Positions 59,478-64,000 of a stretch of 64,000 bases of DNA are shown one piece after another. A program made the translations under genes and the position numbers. The stretch comes from Bacteroidia bacterium. GTDB lineage: Bacteria > Bacteroidota > Bacteroidia > NS11-12g > UBA955. Every line of letters starts with the position of its first letter. The first letter of the stretch is position 1. Under the pieces are notes generated by a model, which saw nothing but the letters and a program-made list of their open reading frames with translations, did no database searches and was not told the DNA's origin. The stretch covers positions 34,999 through 98,998 of the forward strand of contig JBILJV010000001.1 of the NCBI GenBank assembly GCA_044377005.1, read 5' to 3'.

Positions 59478-60434
59478 TTATAAATTGGTTTTTTCTGAGA
59501 TAGAATACTTGTTTCTGTCTCCACTATTTCTACTAACTAATTCGCCTAAAAAGCCTGCTAAAAATAACTGTGTGCCCAAAACCATAAACATTAATCCAAT
59601 GTAAAACAAAGGGGAGCTCGTCACTAAAGCAGCTCTTTCATTAATAATAATGTGAATCAGTTTGTTGACCAATAAATAAAAAGCGATTAAAAAACCTACT
59701 ATAAAACTTAATAAACCATACAATCCAAAAAAGTGCATCGGTTTTTTTCCGAATTTACCCATAAAGAAGATACTCAATAAGTCGAGCAATCCATTTACAA
59801 ATCGGTTCAAACCAAATTTAGTAGTGCCATATTTTCTAGCTCTGTGTTCTACTACTTTTTCGCCAATTTTTTCAAATCCTTCAGATTTGGCTATAACAGG
59901 AATATAACGGTGCATTTCACCATATACTTCTATGTTTTTAACTACCAAATGGCTATATGCCTTTAATCCGCAGTTGAAATCATTCAAATGAATACCACTC
60001 ATTTTTCTAGTTGCCCAATTAAAAAGTTTGGTTGGAATGGTTTTTGTAATAGGGTCGTAACGCTTTTTTTTCCAACCAGATATTAAGTCATATCCTTCGG
60101 TTTTAATTAAGTTGTACAACTCTGGGATTTCATCGGGACTATCTTGTAAATCTGCATCCATTGTAATGATAACCTCACCATTCGAGGCTTCAAAACCACT
60201 GTTTAGTGCGGCTGATTTCCCAAAATTGCGTCTGAAGCGGATGCCTTTTACTGCCATATTTTCACTGCTTAACTGTTGGATAATTTCCCAACTGTTGTCA
60301 GTGCTTCCATCATCAATAAAAATGACTTCATAGGTCAATTGATGGTGGTCAACTACTTTCTTTATCCATTGATACAACTCAGGTAAAGACTCTGCTTCGT
60401 TGAGCAAAGGAATAATAATAGACAAATTAGTCAT
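59478..60434 (-). CDS. GT2 polyprenyl-phosphate glycosyltransferase (GtrB/DPM1-like) with C-terminal TM helices
   Basis: SIIIPLLNE...IFIDDGSTD...DADLQ DXD motif; two C-terminal TM helices. Confidence 0.75.
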   Translation of the reverse strand: MTNLSIIIPLLNEAESLPELYQWIKKVVDHHQLTYEVIFIDDGSTDNSWEIIQQLSSENMAVKGIRFRRNFGKSAALNSGFEASNGEVIITMDADLQDSPDEIPELYNLIKTEGYDLISGWKKKRYDPITKTIPTKLFNWATRKMSGIHLNDFNCGLKAYSHLVVKNIEVYGEMHRYIPVIAKSEGFEKIGEKVVEHRARKYGTTKFGLNRFVNGLLDLLSIFFMGKFGKKPMHFFGLYGLLSFIVGFLIAFYLLVNKLIHIIINERAALVTSSPLFYIGLMFMVLGTQLFLAGFLGELVSRNSGDRNKYSISEKTNL

Positions 60435-61008
60435 GCTTGATTTCTTTTTTAAGGATGGCTGAAATAACCAAGTTTATAATGGTGTGAATAATAATATTAG
60501 AAATTAAACCTATAATTATAACACTTGTAGGGGTCATAAATTTTTTACTTATTTCAATGGTTTGAGTAATTTGTTCATCGCTCATTTTTTGTTTTTTTAA
60601 ATCGGCAATAATTTTGTCCATTTGTTCAGAAATAACTACATCATAATCAATGATAAAGTTGATGTAAATAGCCGAAAATAAAGTAATAAAAATGGTAATA
60701 ATAAGGGTATATTTAAATCCTAATTTAAAACTTTGCTTAAAACTCATCCAACCATCTAAAAATTGTTCTCTATAACTTTTAAGTAAGAAATGTAGTAACA
60801 TAGTAGAGAAAGCAATGGATAAAACACCCACTACTAAACTTATTATTTTACTGTTTTCTATCTCAGAATCATTGATAAACTGATTGACAACCGTAATGAT
60901 AATGTGTAAAAATAGTCCAATTAATGCAAACTTAATAATATGGTTATTAAGTGCGGTTTTGTTGGTTTTGTTCTGTTTAGTGCTGTCTACTATTGTTGTG
61001 TTTTCCAT
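60427..61008 (-). CDS. Membrane protein, DUF4199-like
   Basis: Four TM helices; 8-nt overlap with the upstream GT2 gene. Confidence 0.45.
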   Translation of the reverse strand: MENTTIVDSTKQNKTNKTALNNHIIKFALIGLFLHIIITVVNQFINDSEIENSKIISLVVGVLSIAFSTMLLHFLLKSYREQFLDGWMSFKQSFKLGFKYTLIITIFITLFSAIYINFIIDYDVVISEQMDKIIADLKKQKMSDEQITQTIEISKKFMTPTSVIIIGLISNIIIHTIINLVISAILKKEIKHD

Positions 61009-61010
61009 TA

Positions 61011-62294
61011 TTATTTGTTAAAGTATATTTGATTTTTAATGCAGGTCCCTTCTATGAAGTATGAAAGTGGCTTGTTTAAATAGTAGCTGTTCCATGACAA
61101 AGATTGATTGTTTTTTCGGTCAATGATGGTTTGCTTGTGTGGGTTTATAATAACAAATGAAGCCTCTTGTTTTACATCTATACAAGGTAATTCAATGTTT
61201 AATAAGTTGCTAGGATTGTAGTTTAGTTTTTCAAAGAGTTGTTCATCATTCATTTGAGGGAAAAATCTGTTTCTGCCTTCTATCGCAATACCTAAAGCCA
61301 TTTGTAAGGTAATAGCACCAAAAGAAGCATATTCAAACTCAAGTGCTTTTTTCTCTATTTCTAATGGATAGTGGTCGGTGCATATTGCATTTATAGTGCC
61401 GTCATAAAGTCCTTCCCATAATGCTCTAACATCATTCGCATGTCTTAGTGGTGGGGTCAATTTTAAGTTGCTGTCAAAGTCTGAAATGGCTTCATCAGTT
61501 AAGGCTAAATTCATAACTGCCACATCACAAGTTACTTTTATTCCTTGTAATTTTGCTTGACGGATTAGTTCAACAGAACGTTCTGTTGATATTTTTGAAA
61601 TATGAACGCAGTGTTGATGGTAGTCGGCAAGTTCTATTTCTCTTTGAACCATTAAATATTCAGCATGTTGAGGAATGCCTTTTAGTCCTAAACTTAATGC
61701 AATAGTGCCTTCTGAAACATAAGCCCCTTTTGACAATTGTTTTGATACACAAAAACTGTAAATTAATCCATTAAAGTTTTTGCTGTATAAAATAGCCTTA
61801 CTCATGGTTCCACTGTTTTCAATCGGATTATTGCTGTTTGAAAAGGCTATGGCACCACTTTTTTTCATGTCAAACATTTCTGATAAATCATCCGATTGCA
61901 TATTATGGGTAATAGTGCCTAATGGTAAAAAACGAACAGGGAATTTGTTGGCTTGGTTCATTACAAATTCAATGTCAGCCTTGGCGTTTCTTGGTGGGTT
62001 TGAATTGGGTAATAAACATAGATGCGAAAATCCACCGGCTAAAGCGGTTTTATTTAGAGACTCAAATGTGTCGCGATGTTCATAGCCGGGTTCAGAACTG
62101 TTGCATCTTAAATCAACAAATGAAGAGGTGATTAAACATTCCGAAAAATCATAAACTTTTTCAAATTGTTGATCATCAATAGCCTGTCCGAAATCACTAA
62201 TTATGCCATCAATGATAGCTAAGTCGCCCGTCTGTCCGTTGAAAGGAGAGTGTATATCGGCAACTGTAATATTTTTAAGCAGATAGCTTTGCAT
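61011..62294 (-). CDS. Dihydroorotase-like amidohydrolase lacking the N-terminal HxH metal ligands (probable non-catalytic PyrC-like)
   Basis: Collinear with type I DHOase, but the canonical DLHVHxREPG is replaced by DLRCNSSEPG; the DH of the ATDHAPH-equivalent is retained (CTDHYP). Confidence 0.6.
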   Translation of the reverse strand: MQSYLLKNITVADIHSPFNGQTGDLAIIDGIISDFGQAIDDQQFEKVYDFSECLITSSFVDLRCNSSEPGYEHRDTFESLNKTALAGGFSHLCLLPNSNPPRNAKADIEFVMNQANKFPVRFLPLGTITHNMQSDDLSEMFDMKKSGAIAFSNSNNPIENSGTMSKAILYSKNFNGLIYSFCVSKQLSKGAYVSEGTIALSLGLKGIPQHAEYLMVQREIELADYHQHCVHISKISTERSVELIRQAKLQGIKVTCDVAVMNLALTDEAISDFDSNLKLTPPLRHANDVRALWEGLYDGTINAICTDHYPLEIEKKALEFEYASFGAITLQMALGIAIEGRNRFFPQMNDEQLFEKLNYNPSNLLNIELPCIDVKQEASFVIINPHKQTIIDRKNNQSLSWNSYYLNKPLSYFIEGTCIKNQIYFNK

Positions 62295-63984
62295 GTGGTT
62301 TAAAAAAACGAATCAAAAGTATTTCAATTAATAAAAATAACAAAACAAAAGTAATACACCATTTCCATAGTTGTTGTCCCTTTTTAATATTTTTAAAATT
62401 GGAGTTGAATGATTCTACAGTTTGGTCGATATATTCGATGTTGTTGTTTTTGCAAAAAGTTTCCATGTCATCAGATTCAATGGTTCTGGTGTCGCTCTCA
62501 CTTCGGTCGTAATTAAAGGATAAATAAGCGCGAATGCTATCACTGTTTTTGTTCTTTAGTTGGTAATGGCCTGCTTGAGTTAGTTCATATAGGTCGGTTA
62601 AATAGAGCTCATTGTCCTTGTTTAAAATCCCCGGAACAATTTGCTCTTTAGGATTTACCAATACTATATCTTTGTCTGACTGATAAGGCAAAGCTGTTGA
62701 GATAGGCTCTATTTGCCCAATTTGATAATAAAGACTCGATTTTAACTGATTTAACAATCCCATTTTTATTATCAAAGGTACAAACAATGCATGGTTTTGT
62801 AAATTTGAATAGGCCGCATTCAGAGGAACGGGAAACATAAATAAATGACCTTTTTTTACAGGAATATCTTGAAGGAAAATGGAGCCGTCTTCCAAAGAAG
62901 CTATGGTAATGCCTTGTTGTATCTGTAAGGGGTATTTCTTCTGTATGATAGGATAATCGGGCAGTTTGTTTTTTTTCTCAAATATGTCTTTGATGACAGG
63001 ATGCAGCTCATCTAATTGTTTCATTTTTAAAGGTGCTTCTATAGCTTTTTCGCCAATTTTAACTCCATAAGTTGAGAGCGTGTTTTTTAAGCCTCCAAAG
63101 GGTTCTGAAACATTTGGAAAAATAACCACATTCCCTCCATTTTTTAAATATTGGTCTAACTCGCTAAGCAAGCCTGACATTAGCTCTTTGGGTTCATTTA
63201 TAACGATGAGTGAACTGTTTTTGAAGTTGCTGTAGTTGATGTTGCCATAGTTGCTGTGCTGAATTGTAAACCCTGGATTGTCCTGAAAAATAGCGTCAAT
63301 AAATGGATTGATAATTTCAGAAATACATACTATTTGATGCTGTTCTTTGATGTAAAAATTAAAATACAGTTGGTCGTCTGTAGGAATTAAATCACCCCCA
63401 AGTTTCAATTCGCAAGTATGTAAACCACTGTTTTCAAGTGTAAATTGAATGGTTGTAGTGTTTTTGTCAAATGAAGAAATGTTAAAGTTAGAAATTCCCT
63501 TTGGTTGCCCATTAATCATTAATTCTAAGTTTAAATCTTCATAATCATTGTCAGAGTAATTGCTAATTTGAACGTTCAATAAAATAGTTTCATTTTTTTG
63601 AATAACAGGGGAGCTTAACCAACATGTGTCAATAGATAAATTGTCAACAATTGGTCCATTTACTTTGATGAATTGACAAACAATACTGCTGTCCAAATAC
63701 TTTTCTGTAATATGATTTTTACTTTTTTGGAAGTCAGAAATTACATAACTCCTTTTGTCACCATTTTCTTGATTTAAAAGTCTATTTTGAAGTTTGAGTA
63801 AATCGCTTAGAGGAAAACTTTGCGACTGTGGACTTATTTTATCAAGTGCTTCTAAAGCATCTTCCTTGTTTACAAAATGCAACAGGGAAGGGTCTTGATT
63901 ACTTGTAATAAATTGTATTCTATCAAGTTTATTGCTTTGCTCTATTATGATTCGTGCCCTGTTTTTTGCTGCTTCAAACATCAA
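62275..63984 (-). CDS. Hypothetical protein with C-terminal TM anchor (N-terminus may extend beyond the window)
   Basis: C-terminal WKWCITFVLLFLLIEILLIRFF helix; the frame is open to the window edge. Confidence 0.4.
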   Translation of the reverse strand: MMFEAAKNRARIIIEQSNKLDRIQFITSNQDPSLLHFVNKEDALEALDKISPQSQSFPLSDLLKLQNRLLNQENGDKRSYVISDFQKSKNHITEKYLDSSIVCQFIKVNGPIVDNLSIDTCWLSSPVIQKNETILLNVQISNYSDNDYEDLNLELMINGQPKGISNFNISSFDKNTTTIQFTLENSGLHTCELKLGGDLIPTDDQLYFNFYIKEQHQIVCISEIINPFIDAIFQDNPGFTIQHSNYGNINYSNFKNSSLIVINEPKELMSGLLSELDQYLKNGGNVVIFPNVSEPFGGLKNTLSTYGVKIGEKAIEAPLKMKQLDELHPVIKDIFEKKNKLPDYPIIQKKYPLQIQQGITIASLEDGSIFLQDIPVKKGHLFMFPVPLNAAYSNLQNHALFVPLIIKMGLLNQLKSSLYYQIGQIEPISTALPYQSDKDIVLVNPKEQIVPGILNKDNELYLTDLYELTQAGHYQLKNKNSDSIRAYLSFNYDRSESDTRTIESDDMETFCKNNNIEYIDQTVESFNSNFKNIKKGQQLWKWCITFVLLFLLIEILLIRFFKPHAKLSA

Positions 63985-64000
63985 ACCTTCAGAACCAGTT

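Noticed and set aside
1-64000. CRISPR arrays, IS elements/transposases, integrases, rRNA/tRNA genes
   Set aside because: No regularly spaced direct repeats, no DDE/tyrosine-recombinase motifs and no tRNA-like GC-rich structured segments were found anywhere in the window.

Overview
This is a low-GC, gene-dense bacterial chromosome segment with Bacteroidetes/Flavobacteriia character. The evidence for that is Por/T9SS C-terminal sorting domains, abundant lipoproteins, and a Reg_prop/Y_Y_Y sensor domain. The first ~20 kb is housekeeping: a cytoplasmic PAS histidine kinase with a LuxR-type response regulator, lpd, miaE, carB, trxA, htpG, then yggS and mutS2 further on. Between 21.0 and 23.2 kb there is a ~2.07 kb insertion bounded by an ~88-bp diverged direct repeat that duplicates the 3' end of yggS. 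It carries a Cys-rich glycine-zipper lipoprotein, a small multi-TM protein and a decayed XRE-type HTH gene. This is an integrative-element remnant with a toxin/immunity-like cargo and no recognisable integrase. From ~29.7 to 56.7 kb lies a beta-glucan (laminarin-type) utilisation locus containing GH1, two GH16, GH17 and GH30 enzymes and a GPH-family MFS importer. It also holds a 1150-aa cytoplasmic candidate glycoside phosphorylase and two surface glycan-binding proteins that share a recurring ~170-aa CBM-like domain. A transmembrane Reg_prop/Y_Y_Y-LuxR one-component regulator is transcribed divergently, and three consecutive T9SS-secreted proteins sit upstream. No SusC/SusD pair occurs anywhere in the window. 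Instead the first gene of the operon encodes a 1047-aa protein that fuses a clan-A-like glycosidase TIM barrel to a ~600-aa beta-rich, porin-like domain. This is the most unusual element here. The 3' end carries a heme-c/FG-GAP lipoprotein, a GT4/GT2(GtrB-like)/DUF4199-like cluster and a dihydroorotase-like protein lacking the HxH metal ligands. No rRNA, tRNA, CRISPR array or transposase was found. All family assignments come from motif reading without database searches.
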